DNA from: Octopus vulgaris
Lineage: Eukaryota
Length of the DNA: 64,000 nt
Assembly (NCBI GenBank): GCA_951406725.2
Contig: OX597820.1
Coordinates: forward strand, 125,426,001-125,490,000
Direction: 5' to 3'
Below are positions 43,582-58,321 of the stretch, one piece after another (position 1 is the first letter of the stretch; each line of letters opens with the position of its first letter). Made by a program: the position numbers and the translations under genes. The notes under the pieces are model-generated. The model was not told where the DNA came from and made no database searches. It saw only the letters and a list, made by a program, of their open reading frames with translations.

Positions 43582-43688
43582 ATTCATTTATAATCGATTA
43601 AATTTGTTCATTATGTTTTTCATTCTACAAAGAAACTGCTAAATTAGCCCTGGTTACAGAGGTGTTATATAGGACACACACACACACA

Positions 43689-43730
<42 letters not shown>

Positions 43731-43738
43731 GACACACG

Positions 43739-43777
<39 letters not shown>

Positions 43778-44146
43778 TGTGTTTCAACCCCTTTCCGTCT
43801 TTTCGTAAGTCTTCCCAAGTTCCATAACATATATAAATTTGCTACTGACATACGTTCTCTTCTACCTATTTATAAAAACTATATCTAATTATCTTTAATT
43901 CAAGCAGACTACACTTTCCTTTATGTTTCTTTATATTTCTCCTTTCATTATATTATCAATCATCTTATAATTCGCCAACTTCCCATGTATGAATAATGGA
44001 ATAGTTTCTGGAAGTATATTTCAGAGTAACTTGAGATTTGCGAAATTCACATTGTTGATATTAAGATGTTCATACACATAAGATAATATAAAGACAAGTT
44101 TTACTTAGAGTAACGTATGAGTTTTAAATATAGGTTTTGTTGTGTG

Positions 44147-44182
<36 letters not shown>

Positions 44183-44186
<4 letters not shown>

Positions 44187-44420
44187 TCCGTTTCCTTGTT
44201 GTGTTCTACGTTTATTTGTGGTGTCCTGTGCTCCTATATATATATGTATGCATGTATATATACATGTAGTTGTAAGTATGTACATATATGTATGTATATA
44301 TACATGTAGATGTAAGTATGTATATATATATATATGTATGTATATATGCATTTATTTTATTTATATATTATATTACTATATGACCGAACACACGCGTTAT
44401 TTCTCTATTTCTCTTCTCCA

Positions 44421-44425
<5 letters not shown>
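44183..44425 (+). mobile_element. Partial copy of repeat family H
   Basis: aagtccgtttcc…ggtgtcctgt…tatatgaccgaac matches the reverse complement of roughly 53760-53950. Confidence 0.65.
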
Positions 44426-44452
<27 letters not shown>

Positions 44453-45524
44453 CGAGGGGTACCCAAAAGTAACCATGAACGTTCTCTGTGTGACAATCCC
44501 GTTGTTTAGGCCTTCGCCTCCGGATGCCGCTTGCTACGACGTTCAGGCATCTGTCTGCCGACCGGCGTCATCCATTGTTTTCGTACTGCATCGTTGTGTC
44601 TTTGTTTTGCACTGCTCCTTCCCTGTTTGCTGACTTTTGTGGTGGCAGCGTGCTTTCGTGAAATTCAGTTTTCTGCTGAAGAGAAAAAGGCAGCCGAGAC
44701 AGTTGTTACGCTTCAAACAGCTTACCAGGACGCTGCCATGAGCAACACACAAGTTTATGAGAAGTTTCAACGCTTTAGGAATGGGGACTTCCTACATGAT
44801 GACCAACTTCGTTCAGTCAACTTCCCGAACGAATGAAAACATCATGAAAAGCAATGAACTGATTTGGGAGAACCGTCATTGAACAAGGGACGAACTTGTT
44901 GATATGGCTGATGTGACCCGGAGCCCCTGCCAATAAATTTTGAGCGAGGAATTGCAAATGATAAGAGTTGCAGCAAAACTTGTGTCCTGCCTGCTCACAG
45001 AAGATCAAAAGTAGTCACAATTGAATGCGTGTCGTGAATCGAAAGAAAAATTTGTTCCTCCTGGTCAAATTGTTAACTAATCATTTTCCTTGGCAGTTGT
45101 GAAGCACTTGCGAGACACGTTGAGATGAATAATCCCCGACCTGTAGCAAAATGGGAAGTGGTGGTTTTATCGCTAGAATGCGCCTGCGCACCTTGTGTAT
45201 GAATCAGTTTATGATCAAAATGGCATAACACCGCTTACTCACCCGATCTTGCTTCCTGCGACTTTTTTTGGTTTTTTTCTCGAATGCAAAATGTCCTTAG
45301 AGGAAAACGTTTTGCAGATGTGGACGAGAAGAAGAAAAAAACGGAGGCGTTAAAATCCATCACTTTGCAAAAGATCCAGAACTACTCCGAGAAATGGAAA
45401 ACGCGTCTGAACCGATACATTGCTACAAATGGAGAATACTTTGAAGGTGGTAAACGTATAAACGTGTAAAAGTAATTGAATAAAATATATTGCGAAATTC
45501 CGGTTTCTTCTGGATACCCGCTCG
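44453..45524 (+). mobile_element. Decayed, internally deleted mariner (irritans-like)
   Basis: Degenerate TIRs cgaggggtacccaaaagtaacc / ggtttcttctggatacccgctcg; KAAETVVTLQTAYQDAAMSNTQVYE, RVAAKLVSCLLTEDQK, PDLASCDFF, KWKTRLNRYIATNGEYFEG. Confidence 0.85.
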
Positions 45525-45648
45525 GATATATTAAAGAGATTTGTCATGTAAAGCCGAAACAACGACAGAAGACACAAAGTAGATTGCAGAAGGATAAGAA
45601 ACGAAGAAAATTTCCAGTTCCCTCTTCTAGTTATGTATTCCCCGTTTT

Positions 45649-45965
45649 CAGAGCATTTGAAAAATGCGGTTATTGGAAAGAGACGTTGCTCAGGTGTACA
45701 TTGGGGAGGATGGGGGAAAGTGATATGACGAAAAACTTTCGTAGTTCTACTGAGAGAAATACTGGTTCTATGATGGAATTGTTGTTACTGTTATTGTTTA
45801 GTATATTTTAAAATTTCACGAATAGATCAAGACTCAAATGTACGCCATTTGCTATCGTCCACTATTTTAAAATTTTACGTAAGAAAGTCATATTAAACCT
45901 ATCCTTTACTTATTTGAGACGAATGTGTTGTCAATATTTGTATTACGTATAATAGCTACGTGTTG
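45649..45965. repeat. Right arm (probable donor) of the 317-bp inverted repeat
   Basis: Reverse complement of 42955-43271. Confidence 0.95.
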
Positions 45966-46729
45966 AACCTTTCTATCTCGATGTGTCTGACTCTCACAAA
46001 TTGAGTGAAGCTTAGTTTACTGACACAGGAAGCGAACGAATAGAATACTTCAACGCTTAAATGATGTTTCAAGTAAATTTAGTTTCGAAAACCTATGATA
46101 TTGGCATGGCATTATGGAAAGCTGTCGTTGTCATATCTTCAACAGAAACGGATTTATGCGGGTAGGAATATGATTTCCCAATGGTTCTAAAATGAAAGCA
46201 TATTTACTGATAAACACGACAGAATATTACGAGGACATGCACGCGTTTTCATATATGCATATTTTAGTGTGTGTGTATGTGTGTGCGTATGAGTGTGTGT
46301 GAATTTGTATCTGCGCGCATGTGTGAGTATGTGATTTAGTGTTGATATACTTTATGGGAGAAACTTAATATTCTTCTCATATTTTTAACCCCTCGCAGTG
46401 ATCAAAGGGTAGTAATGAGCTTCAACATTTAGTATTTTAAAGAATAATTATTGATTTTGTAGAAAACTGGAATTACGTTGTAATCATTTGAAGTTTCAAT
46501 CCTTAAATCAAACGTGTTTTCTTCTCTTTCCTATTACCTGTTATGTTTTTTTTTTTATATTCGAATGAGAAGTCAATATAATTAAGGTATTTCTAATATC
46601 TTACTCTGACATTTGATGCTCTGGTTATCAATATTGCCTACTTATCTACAGAGAAAATTTATCTAAACATACAGGTACTTACACACACACACGATAAGAT
46701 TATAATTAGTAACGTTGGGTTCGAATTTT

Positions 46730-47450
46730 TAGTAAAAGGACAGAAATTTTGAGGGTGGGCGTAAATTTGTTACATAGACATCAGTATTGAACTGGTACTT
46801 ATTTTACCGACCTCGACAGGATAAATGGCAAAGTCGACCTTGGCAGAATATAAAATTAATAACGTTACTAAATAATTACTATATAAAAGGTATTGAGTGA
46901 TATTTCAATTGAAAGTTAAATTGATATATTTATGACGTTACACGAAAGATTTGTGTTTAAAGTGATTGCTTACTAACCGCACGGTTGTGGGTTCAATACC
47001 ACCAAGTGGCATCTTCAGCAAGTATTTTCTACTATGATTCCAAACTAACAAAGTCTCGGGAGTGGATTTAATAGACCAAGACTAAGTGAATACGCATTGT
47101 ATAAATATGAGTGCCTAGGTGTGTGTGTGTGATGCATGCATGCATATATGTTTGCGTTTATACGTACATATGTATATGTATTCATATATATATTTGCATT
47201 TATATATACATATGTGTATGAGTCTAAGATCATGTCTCTTGTCCTACCATCGCGTGATACTTTTAAATCATTGTCAGTGTAATAAAAGAGCCTGATTCAT
47301 TTCCAATAGTCTGTGAGACATACCAGCCTTGAGTAAATGTGAGTTTGCTTGAAAATAGCTCGGCTTTCGTGACAGGAAGGGACCCCATCCATAAACAATT
47401 CTACGCAACAAATTCTGTTGAACCAATGCAAATATGCAGAATAAGGTATA
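46730..47450. mobile_element. Cluster of degenerate SINE fragments: family B (-), family A head (+), RTE-like tail (+)
   Basis: ggcaaagtcgaccttggcagaat (B, minus); ggttgtgggttcaatacc (A head); gacaggaagggacccc…gaaccaatgca (RTE-like 3' motif). Confidence 0.5.
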
Positions 47451-48094
47451 TGTTGCTGCTACTTCTACTAATCATATGTATATATATATATATATATATA
47501 TACAGAGAGAGTGAGAGAGAGAGAGAGAGAGAGAGGTATAGCAGCAGACGTACATACATTGATACATATACACACACATAAATACATGCGCGTGAATATA
47601 TGTATATACACACAACATTTTGGATGTTAATATTCGAGCCATAAATTTTGCCTGCGCCATGTAAATATCAAGCAAGCTGTGGTAGTCTTTTGCTCAAAAT
47701 CATAGCATATTGTCGGGAAAAAATACTATACATTAGATAATGTAAAATGTATCTATTAAATTACAAATATTATCAGAAAGATACTATCAAAGATGTACAG
47801 CTGTATATTTTTTCATTTACATTAATGGAAAGGAAGTCTTTCCATTAAAGCTTATACACATAAAATTACAAAAGAATAATGTAAAACATTTATGGAATTC
47901 TATTTCCATAAGTGTCATGAGTAAAACCGAACACACAACAAATATGATGTAATGAAAAATTAATAGAGACATGCTGACACAGAAATATATGCATAGAAAT
48001 GCACACACATATACACATATACATATTCGATTATTTGCATGCAAGTCTGTGGGCGTGTAAATATATACACACGCATATATACGCAATTTGATTT

Positions 48095-48690
<596 letters not shown>

Positions 48691-49651
48691 CTTGTATTTG
48701 TATATATCCGTATATATGTATGTGTATGTATATCCATGTATATTCCTGTATCAATACACGCACACACACATGCATACGTTTATGTATATATACATCGTTA
48801 TGGATACAAACTGTGCAATGTCACTTTCTGCATACATAGCGAATATAATTAAACGAAAATGTTTATTTATATTAAATCAGTGCTGGTCACAAATCTTTGT
48901 CAGTTTCTTGGCTATTACATAAATATACTTAAATATATATCCCACATAAAGGGCGCTCACTATTTTGTAATATATTCGGCGTCAGAATTTTTTATGTATT
49001 GAAATTGGAAATTCTAATTTCTGTTAAAAACGGTAAAGCTTCTCTTTAAATTCTGGTTAAATTTTAGAATATAAATCAACGTATTGTAACAGATATTGTC
49101 TTTCTTCCAAAGAAGATTTCATTTCCATATGTTCCAAGTTCAAACGTTTATTATTCTTATTTTACTAAGATACATGACATTAGTATCTCTTTCATTTTTT
49201 TGTTCCGGAATTTTCGACAATACTGGAAATAAACGTTACCTGGTGTTTGAAGAAATAAACACATTAATTAAATGTATATGTATCTACTGCAATAAATCTG
49301 AAAAACTTCTATTTTTGAAGCAGGTTATGCTACAATTGAAGGGAATAACTTTTACTGTGTGTAATGCTACATGTTCAAAGTATTCATACAGCCTTTCAGG
49401 AACGGAATATTCCCTATCCCGGCCAAAGTCTGAAGATGCTACCCGCATAACGTAACAAAAAATGTAGATATAAGTGCTGCATTTACCATATATATATATT
49501 CAAAACCTCATGAATTCTATATCTCACTTAGAAATTAATATACGCACTTGGTGCAACATTAGATTAAAGTAAGTGGACGTATGATACATGTGAAACGGAA
49601 ATACTCTCGAGCACAGAATAAATGTTTCTAAACCATATACGTTGTTACATA

Positions 49652-50807
49652 TAAGTTCATTGAGAATGAAATGACCAATTTTCTTATGGACCAAGTTTCA
49701 CGGTCGTTAACGCTAATGTTTTATCCGGATAATTCCTCATTTATTCATTCGAAATATAATTCATGGTCTCTGGTTATATTGTGAGTTTTCTCTTGTAAAT
49801 CAACTAATGGATAGATAAAATATTCGTGTTTATGAATATGAGTTTTGTCGTTGAACCAATGCATCCTAGACAGGTCGAAACACTAATGAGGTGTTTGGCG
49901 AAGTTGTGGCGAATGAGCGCACTGTACGTCGATGGTTTGAGAAGTTTCGGTCTGTTGACTTTACTCTAGAACATCAGCCCTGAGACCACGGTGGAGAAAT
50001 GATGTGCTGTAAATTGTAGTGGAAGCGGATACATCGCAAATTAAGCGAGAGTTAGCAACAAGGTTTGATGTCCCAATTCTATCTGAAACAAATCGGCAAC
50101 GTAAAGAAGCTGGACAAGCTGATACCACACGAAATGAACGAATGTTTACTGTCATGGCATAAAAGCAAACCATTTTTGCATCGTATGATGAAAAATGGAT
50201 TCTTTTCAACTATAGCAAGCTTTCTTCACGGTGGCTGAATGGAGAAATAGTGCCAAAATACAATCCAAAAAAGAATATTCACCAAAAAGTACGAATGGAG
50301 TCTGTTTAGGGGTCCAGCGCTAGTGTCATCCACTACAGATTCAGGAGACCTGGTAAGTCAATTACAGCAGATGTATGCATCAACAAAATGGATGAAACTA
50401 TGAGTGAACTTGCAATTAAACAACCGAGTTTGATCAACAGAGACAGCTCAATTCTCTTGCAAGACTGCTCGACCAAATGTGGCACAAAGAACGCTTCTCA
50501 AGTTATAGGAACTGAACTTGGAAGTACTCTGTAATCCACCATATTCACCAGACGTTGCACCAACTGGCTATCATGTTTCCCAGACATTAGACAACATTTT
50601 GGAAGGAAAAAAAACTTCAAATCAGAAGAATATGCAAAAATAGCTTTTCGTGATTTCATCACTTCTTGCTCTCCAGAATTCTTCGCTGCCGGCGTAAATA
50701 AGCTACCGATAAAATGGCAAAATTGAGTTGATAATTTAGGTGCATACTTTGATTAACTGCAATGCTTTTACAATTCAAAATTGGAGATTTTATTCTTAAT
50801 GACCTGA
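49652..50807 (+). mobile_element. Decayed mariner (cecropia-like)
   Basis: Imperfect TIRs taagttcattgagaatgaaatgaccaatttt / aaaattggagattttattcttaatgacctga with TA flanks; NEVFGEVVANERTVRRWFEKFRS, YDEKWI, PPYSPDVAPT, KWQN*VDNLGAYFD*. Confidence 0.88.
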
Positions 50808-51453
50808 TATTACAAATGCCCATTTTAACATTTATCATTATTACAAAGATTATCAATACTTTCGCTATATTATCGGAGGGAAGAGTTCTTTGTGTTTGAA
50901 GAATTTGTTACATTCGTAATTTGTAAAGACAACATATTTGACTCTTTAATTGAACCATTATCAAACTTAAAATATCAACGCAGATTCTTGACAACTTTGA
51001 CATATCGCTTCATATATTTCCTTATCAGAAAGATAATGCTGAACTCCTGACGTAAAATCAAAGTAAGTCATATATATGTAACCAGAGAAACGATTTCTAT
51101 CCGGAAACTGCTAATATGATAAAGTACTTTGTCCGTGTTTGTGAAATGCTTTTAAAACGCTGAGTTTAAGTATGCTTTGCATACATGGTATACGAACAGG
51201 GTGAATAATAACTGACGTATATGAAATTGAAAATATTTTATGAGTTACTTTTATTGTCTCCAGTCATTTAGATTTTGTCCGTTGTAGTGCAATAGTTTCA
51301 ATAACTCGTCTGCCTGGTGCACATATCCATGACTTTATAAACTTAAACTTCATAATTAAATAATAGAGTAGGCATTTTTGTTCAGTTTGTTAATATGCCC
51401 AATATTTCTGAGTATGTGTGGATTTTTGGCACATGCTTACATACACATACATA

Positions 51454-51549
<96 letters not shown>

Positions 51550-51564
51550 ATATATATATTTATG

Positions 51565-51720
51565 TCATAGCTGTGTAGTAAGAAGCTTGCTTTCCCAGCA
51601 CATTGTTCCGAGGTCACACCCACTGCCTTAAAACTTGGGCAAGTGTCTTCTGCGATAGACTAAGCCGACCAACGCCATATAAGCGAATATGGCAGAGGGA
51701 AACTGAAAGAGGCCATTTGT
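51565..51720 (+). mobile_element. Degenerate SINE family A head
   Basis: tagctgtgtagtaagaagcttgc…ttgggcaagtgtcttc…ggaaactgaaaga. Confidence 0.7.
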
Positions 51721-51899
51721 GTATTAACATATATGTATGTGTGTGTGCATGTATGTATGTGTATGGATATGTGTGTATAAAGTTAGATGTACAACAATTA
51801 CTAGTAATTTGAGATCTCCACACTCCACGTAGATTTTCCTCAACTTTTGATCTTAGTAAACATTATACAATAAAATACACCCTCGAAAAACTGTTGAGG

Positions 51900-52330
51900 T
51901 TCAAACTCCAATTACAAATGCACATTGATACAAGAATCCAAGACGTGTAGGGAACAAAGGCATGTAGGGAACAAATAATCTGAACTGTGTCTTGTGTTGA
52001 TCATGCCTATTCACACACACTCACAAACGCAATCGCGCCGAGTTGGGCATGTCGTCACAATGAGTGACAAAAGAATACGCAAAGTCCTCATGTACAGCCA
52101 GCTTGATAATGAGCTCAGGAATGTTGGTCAACCATGGCTCAGATATAAGGACTAGCAGAAGTGTAACCTCTCAGCAGTGAAGGAGGCACACAACACCTTT
52201 GAGTTAACAAACTTGGAGCGAACAAAATGGATATCGTTGTGTCAAAATGATGCAAGAAACCTTGTTGCAACTAGTATTAACTGGCTAAAGGGTGCATGGC
52301 AAAAGAGAATAGCAAATATACAACCCACAC
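51900..52330 (+). mobile_element. RTE (BovB-like) LINE C-terminal fragment
   Basis: QSRRVGHVVTMSDKRIRKVLMYSQL…NVGQPWLRYKD*QKCNL…ERTKW (cf. QLRWAGHV.RM.D.R.PK.L.YGEL…GRP.LRYKD). Confidence 0.7.
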
Positions 52331-52975
52331 TGAATTGTAACCCGCACCTACTTGTAGCATTTGTAGGCTTCTATTTATATACACGCACATATACTTACAT
52401 ACATACATGCATACATACATGCATACATACATACATACATACATGCATATGTACATATATATATATAAATCTATGATTGCATTTATGTATAATGCATATC
52501 TGGTGATTTGTTCATAATTTCCATAATTTCACACATGTTGTATGGAAAGATATGCCCCACCAGTCAATACGGTGGTAGATGCCTTCCTAAGGCACACTGT
52601 TATAGGATCGAATATTGGTTCCATATTGACAGGAAAATTACGTGAGAAGAAAACAAAAGTTTGCTTGACTGACTTCGATGTAAATTGACGGGAAATATGA
52701 ACTAAATCCAAAATGTTGTGAATATGTTGTCTTTCAAATAATATTCTGAAAATATTAAGTGATAAAATAGCAGTCACTTTGTAGTATAGATTAAATCCAT
52801 TTTTCAGTATTCTTTCGTGTTTTGATGTCGATAGTGACCAATATGATTATCGCTAACTACTGGACATAGAAATATACATTTATGTCTTTCCAAAATAATG
52901 TAGAGCTGTTTATTTTTTTCTTGTTAGTAACCAATCAGCCTTAACAATTTCTTCCATGTTCTTTTCTCTTCTTAG

Positions 52976-53114
52976 AAAAACAAAGAAATCCAAGAACTGA
53001 TGGAACAATTAGGAGATGAAGCGAGTTTATATGAAACATCAATGAAAACACCAGTACATAAAATGGTAGAATCATTAAAAACTACTGATACATCTCCTAG
53101 CAAGTACTCAAGAA
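52976..53114 (+). CDS. GABBR2: Next coding exon of the GABBR2-like gene (end of coiled coil plus Ser/Thr-rich tail)
   Basis: Acceptor ttcttttctcttcttag, donor gtaagt, 139 nt, phase 0/1: KNKEIQELMEQLGDEASLYETSMKTPVHKMVESLKTTDTSPSKYSR. Joins the previous exon in frame (…YKQILEQ|KNKEIQELMEQLG), matching the recalled GABA-B2 pattern …KALMEKENELQALIRKLG. Confidence 0.82.
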
Positions 53115-53729
53115 GTAAGTGCTATAGACTATTCATTTCCAATTATTCTTATTATAATGAATACATACACACAGAAACTAAAATATCTTTATTTTCAACC
53201 GTTCTATCAATTGCAAATAGAAACTACTTGACTTTGTTAAACAAATAATATATCAATTTTAAATGTTAGTTCAAACGATTATCACCTCGATTACGATCAG
53301 TTTATGATTCACTTGGTCTAACGCCTTTAATATCTAAAGTAACCAAGACTGTATTAGTTCTATTCGTCAATTAACTGCATATTAAGGTATTTTGTAACCG
53401 TAGATTCTGAAGCTAAGTCCATTTGTTGCCTTAGATAATGATATCTTCTGATTTAATCGTAGTAAAAATGTAAGCACACGCCACATATTACGGTAGTGAC
53501 GGTAGCTCCTCAAGAAGAACATACGCTGACATAAACCTTGCAGTCGAAATAGTACCACTGATCTTAAAATGCTTGTCACTGTATCCGGCTATGTTGCCCC
53601 TCAATTAGCCAACAAAAGAGGGGCTAAATACTATAGAGGTGTTTGGGACTTCAATCCATTGACGTAGAGATATCTCACCAGTATTTCAGTTTGGGGCTCA
53701 ATATGAGACGTCTACCATTTTACAAAATG

Positions 53730-54014
53730 ATGCAATTATACCCATCATAAAACTTACTTGGAAGTGGATGCGTGGCGTTCGATCATATAATAACAAAATA
53801 ATAAATAAAACATATGCATATATACATACATATATGTACATACCTACATCTATATGTATATATACATGCATATGTAGGTACAGGACACCCAAAAAAACGT
53901 CGAACACAATGAGAAACGAAAACATAAAAACAAGACCATGGAAACGGACTTTTTAAAAAAAAAAGAGTACAAGACATACAACACAAGGAATATTCCCCTT
54001 CTTTAGTTGCCCGG
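53730..54014 (-). mobile_element. Repeat family H, longest copy
   Basis: Reverse complement starts gggcaactaaagaaggggaatattccttgtgttgtatgtc, as at 8230. Confidence 0.75.
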
Positions 54015-54090
<76 letters not shown>

Positions 54091-54582
54091 TGTATGTGTG
54101 TGTGAGTGTGTGTGTGTATGTGCGTGTGTTTATACATACATATAAACATGTATATATGTGCATTTATATGCATGTACAAGAATATAAATCCAAATTGAGG
54201 GGGTAGAACAGGCAAATTGCATGCTACAAATGCTTCTTAGCCGAATGTCATGATGTAATCATAATTTTATGAGCTATTGTCAACGTAGACATACATATAT
54301 AAATATATATATATATATATAGATAGATATATATATATATATATATGCACACACATATATGTACATGCATATATTGTTATTTGTTAATGTTATTGTGAAG
54401 TAAACAATTTACACACACACACATACATATATATATAAAGAGAGAGAAAGAGGGGGGGAGAGAAAGACAGAGACAGATTTAAATTCGACAATGTGTGTTT
54501 AGAATTGATTTATTTCATAGTACAAATAAACGCGCATGCACATATGTGTATGTATGTGTATATATGACGTACATGTATGTAG

Positions 54583-54626
<44 letters not shown>

Positions 54627-54688
54627 CATATATATACATACATAGACACACATATACACTAAACAGAACTCACACATACATACATATA

Positions 54689-54731
<43 letters not shown>

Positions 54732-55844
54732 AAGAGCCAAATAGATCATAATCATTAATAGCAGAAAACTGGTAAAATTATAAACACTTACAATCACTGC
54801 CATTTCAAGTACGTAAACGATATATAATTGATATGATCAAATTGAATTTTGATTGAAATCTGTTTTCTCGATCGTGATTAGGAGACTGTTTCTCAGCAAA
54901 TACATTTTTGAAAGCAAATGCGGTTATTCAATGAACACTGGTAGTAATAAAATCAAGTTGCTATTATTATGAAAAATATTGCTGTAGTGATATTATTTGT
55001 ATCATATGAAGATATAAATCTTGATAGAGTTGTAAAGCTTATTATTTTTATATTACCGTGTGCGAAATGAAGATTTACTTCCACGTTATTTCAGTATCCC
55101 TGCCAGAGTTTAACCTTGTAGTTTCATTACTAAATGTCTGAATGGCGTTGTCTTGTTTATAATTGACAATATAATATTCTTTATATGGATCCGAAAGTAA
55201 AATCAGTCTCGAATAAGCATTCATTAGTTGATTTCATAACTAGGAATGGCAGTTCAATAAAATCATGCCTTTTAGGATAGTATCTGTGTGATAGTGTAAT
55301 TCGTTCTTAATGTCTAGTCTTAGTTCAACTAAAATCGATGAAATTAAACCTTCAAATTGTTTCGAAAACTTACCTTCCTTTTTTTTCTGTCTGTTCAGAT
55401 CTATTTATTTAGCAGTACGTTATGATAGCTAAATGTTCTTAAGAACAGAAAATATAATTTGAAGGAGATTTAACTGCTATTCATAATATGTTGAACTAGC
55501 TTTAGAGGACCGTCCAGTTGACTCACGATGTGATGTATTCTTAAAAAGATCTATATGGACTATTTCTCCATGTTGCACAATCAAACATTCCCCTTCCGTC
55601 GAAAGCGTTTCGGTGTATGAAGATCGAAATCTATTATTGAATGATGTGTACACATGCTTGTGTGTGCATGTACAGACAGTGTGTGTGCATATATGTGTGC
55701 GTGTGTATGTGTTTGTGTAAAGCAAAAACTTAAAACAGCATTGTCGATCAAATGGAATATCTTAGAAGTACTTTATTTTAATGTATTTCAATATCAGTTT
55801 GAAATTGTGTAGAAGACCACCAACTTCACATTAGGGTGTAGTTT

Positions 55845-56035
55845 GATTACATAGACACCAGTTTTAAACTGGTATTTATTTTATCAGCCCCCAGTGGAAG
55901 ACTCGTGCTTATTTCATTGACCCTGAAATAACAAAAGACAAAGTTGACCCCAGCAGAATTTGAACTTAGGACGTAAAGTCGGAAAAAATGCCGCAAAGAA
56001 CTTTTTCCGGCATGGTAGTTATTATACCTGTTCAC
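55845..56035 (-). mobile_element. Degenerate SINE family B
   Basis: caaagttgaccccagcagaatttgaacttaggacgta is the reverse complement of the family B B-box region. Confidence 0.65.
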
Positions 56036-56087
56036 CTCATTAATATATTTTACTATTGATAGTATTTTTACTGTACATTCTGAAATC

Positions 56088-56392
56088 TGTTGTTTATTTG
56101 TTCCTTCTCGAGCCATGCCTGGCTCATAAGGGCCGTTTTCCTGGTTTCCTTGGCATATAGGTTCCACACGTGGACGGGACGCCGGTCCGTCGCAGGTGAG
56201 CTGCAATATGCAGGAGGAAAGAGGGAGAGAAAGTTGTGGCGAAAGAGTCAGCAGAAGTTCGCCATTACCTTCTGCCTGAGCTGCGTGGAACTTAGGTGTT
56301 TCGCTCATAAACACACTCAAATCACGGTCTGAGATTCGAACCCGCGATCTCTCAACCGCGAGTCCGCTGCTCTAACCACTAGGCCATGTGCC
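56088..56392 (-). mobile_element. tRNA-derived SINE family C with probable TSD
   Basis: Homologous to 28227-28521; tctgaaa flanks both ends (near 56079 and at 56393). Confidence 0.9.
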
Positions 56393-58259
56393 TCTGAAAC
56401 CTAGCATTGCTTGACAGTATACTTTTCTTTGACTATGGAAATATATACATCTCTAACTCTATGTGTATGTATGTACGTGTGTTTATGTATGTATATATGT
56501 ATGTACGTTTGTATATATTTATGAATGATTGTATGTATGTATGTATGTAGTATACATGAATGCATATGTGTATGTATGGTTTTATACACTTGATAGAATA
56601 CTTTATCTCAAATAGATGAATCAGTGTGCAAAAACAATAGAACAAGATATGTATTGAACCTAAAGCATACACTATTTTTCAATTGGTATTTTAATGGAGT
56701 GCTTGAGTCTGACACAAAAAGCCTTTACAAATACAAATTCGCCCATCATATGTAAGTAATTGTATTTAAGTAGTACGTGCTTGTGAAATTATGTAGCTTA
56801 TGAATAACAAATATAAACCAAACAGGCATACAGAATTTTGAGATGGCATCAGTAAAAGAAAACTAATATATTTATTAGAAAATAGAAATGTTCTGACGTA
56901 CCTATGGCCTTTAATGAATGTTCATATCTCAAAGTGTTTTTTGAAACTTCCCCATTTACAAGTCTGCATTAATATAATATGAAATACTATTATGTGGAGT
57001 TTGTAGACCAATTTCATCTTCACAGAGAACAACCATTCTACATCAACTCCCCAATACCTCCTGGAGACAGTTAATTAAGATCTGGGAATTTCATACAGAC
57101 ACTAGTCGAAAGATATGAATCTAAACAAGACTTAATTAAAGTAATAATTTCCCAAACGTTAATTGATTTTCTGTCTCTAGTAAAGTTCTCATTATCTCCT
57201 AATTACAGATTCTAAAGAAGCGTGTGCACAAGGGAAATTGAGTTAGAGAAAGAAGTATTGAACTATCGAATATAGTTTTCGTTCTAGCAGAATATAAACG
57301 GAACAAAAGGAAACAAGAAAAAAACATTAGTAAGCATTTCGATCAGGAACCTTGTCAGATAACCTTATATTCAGTGAATGTCGTAAAATTATACAAACGG
57401 AATCAAAGGTAATTTCAAAAAATTGGAGCATCAAATAAAGGTTAACTTCAAAGCTATCACGATAAGGACAGAATTTAAAAGAATAATTATCATCTCAAAA
57501 TTCAATGTTAATTAAGTTTTGAGTTTACAAGATGATTAATAATTAAAGTCTATTACATTGATTTCTTACGTAAGTTCAACGCAAGTGTTCTCAAAAGAGA
57601 TATACTGTAAATTGATACGACCACTATATTAAATCTATTCTTTCGAGCGTTAGGCTTGTAATAGCTCTGTCGTCAGCCTCAACTCCCAACCAACCATATT
57701 TTTGGAAAGGAATCATATGAGGAGCGATTAGTACAATGTTGTCAATCGCAGTTTGGTTGACAATCTACAATGCTAACATATTTACTATGATTGTTAAATA
57801 TCGTGACAGAAGTGAATTATAGTTTTCTTAGTAAATTAAAACTAGAAACTAATGCAGCTAAGGTTCGATATGTTTCAGTCAATATTTAAACTCTTAACTC
57901 TTTCAAAGTTTAACTGATGATGGTGGATTATATATTATAAGGTAATCTATATTGATTAAAATTATATATTATGAGGTAATCGTTTATGAATTTTTGTTGC
58001 CAGATTCCTGATGTGAAAACGTATGTCGAAACAGGTATTCTTATATTTTCGGATGATCATTTTTTTTATTTTGCCAAATAAACACACGGACTATATATTC
58101 GTTCCCCTTTCGTTTATTACTGTTCTTATTGTCCGGATACCTTTCATCATACATCTATGATCACGTCCTCGTGTATGCTTGGTTGAAGAACAAATGTATG
58201 TTTATTTGGAAAAAACCTGATCATCCCGTAATATAACTATATGTGTGTGTATAAATGTA

Positions 58260-58321
<62 letters not shown>

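Noticed and set aside
42955-45965. Interpreting the 317-bp inverted repeat as TIRs of one MULE/foldback transposon
   Set aside because: No TSD flanks the outer ends; the direct repeat brackets only the left arm, and the interior is ordinary intron plus an unrelated mariner.
57330-57365. Minus-strand CUGACAA-GGUU(ccu)GAUC-GAAA hammerhead-like string
   Set aside because: Core mutated, stem II weak and stem I unconvincing; could be chance.
55400-58010. Candidate acceptors for the next phase-1 GABBR2 exon (near 55398, 57180, 57209, 58003)
   Set aside because: Each hits a stop within about 12 codons in the required phase and has no supporting homology.
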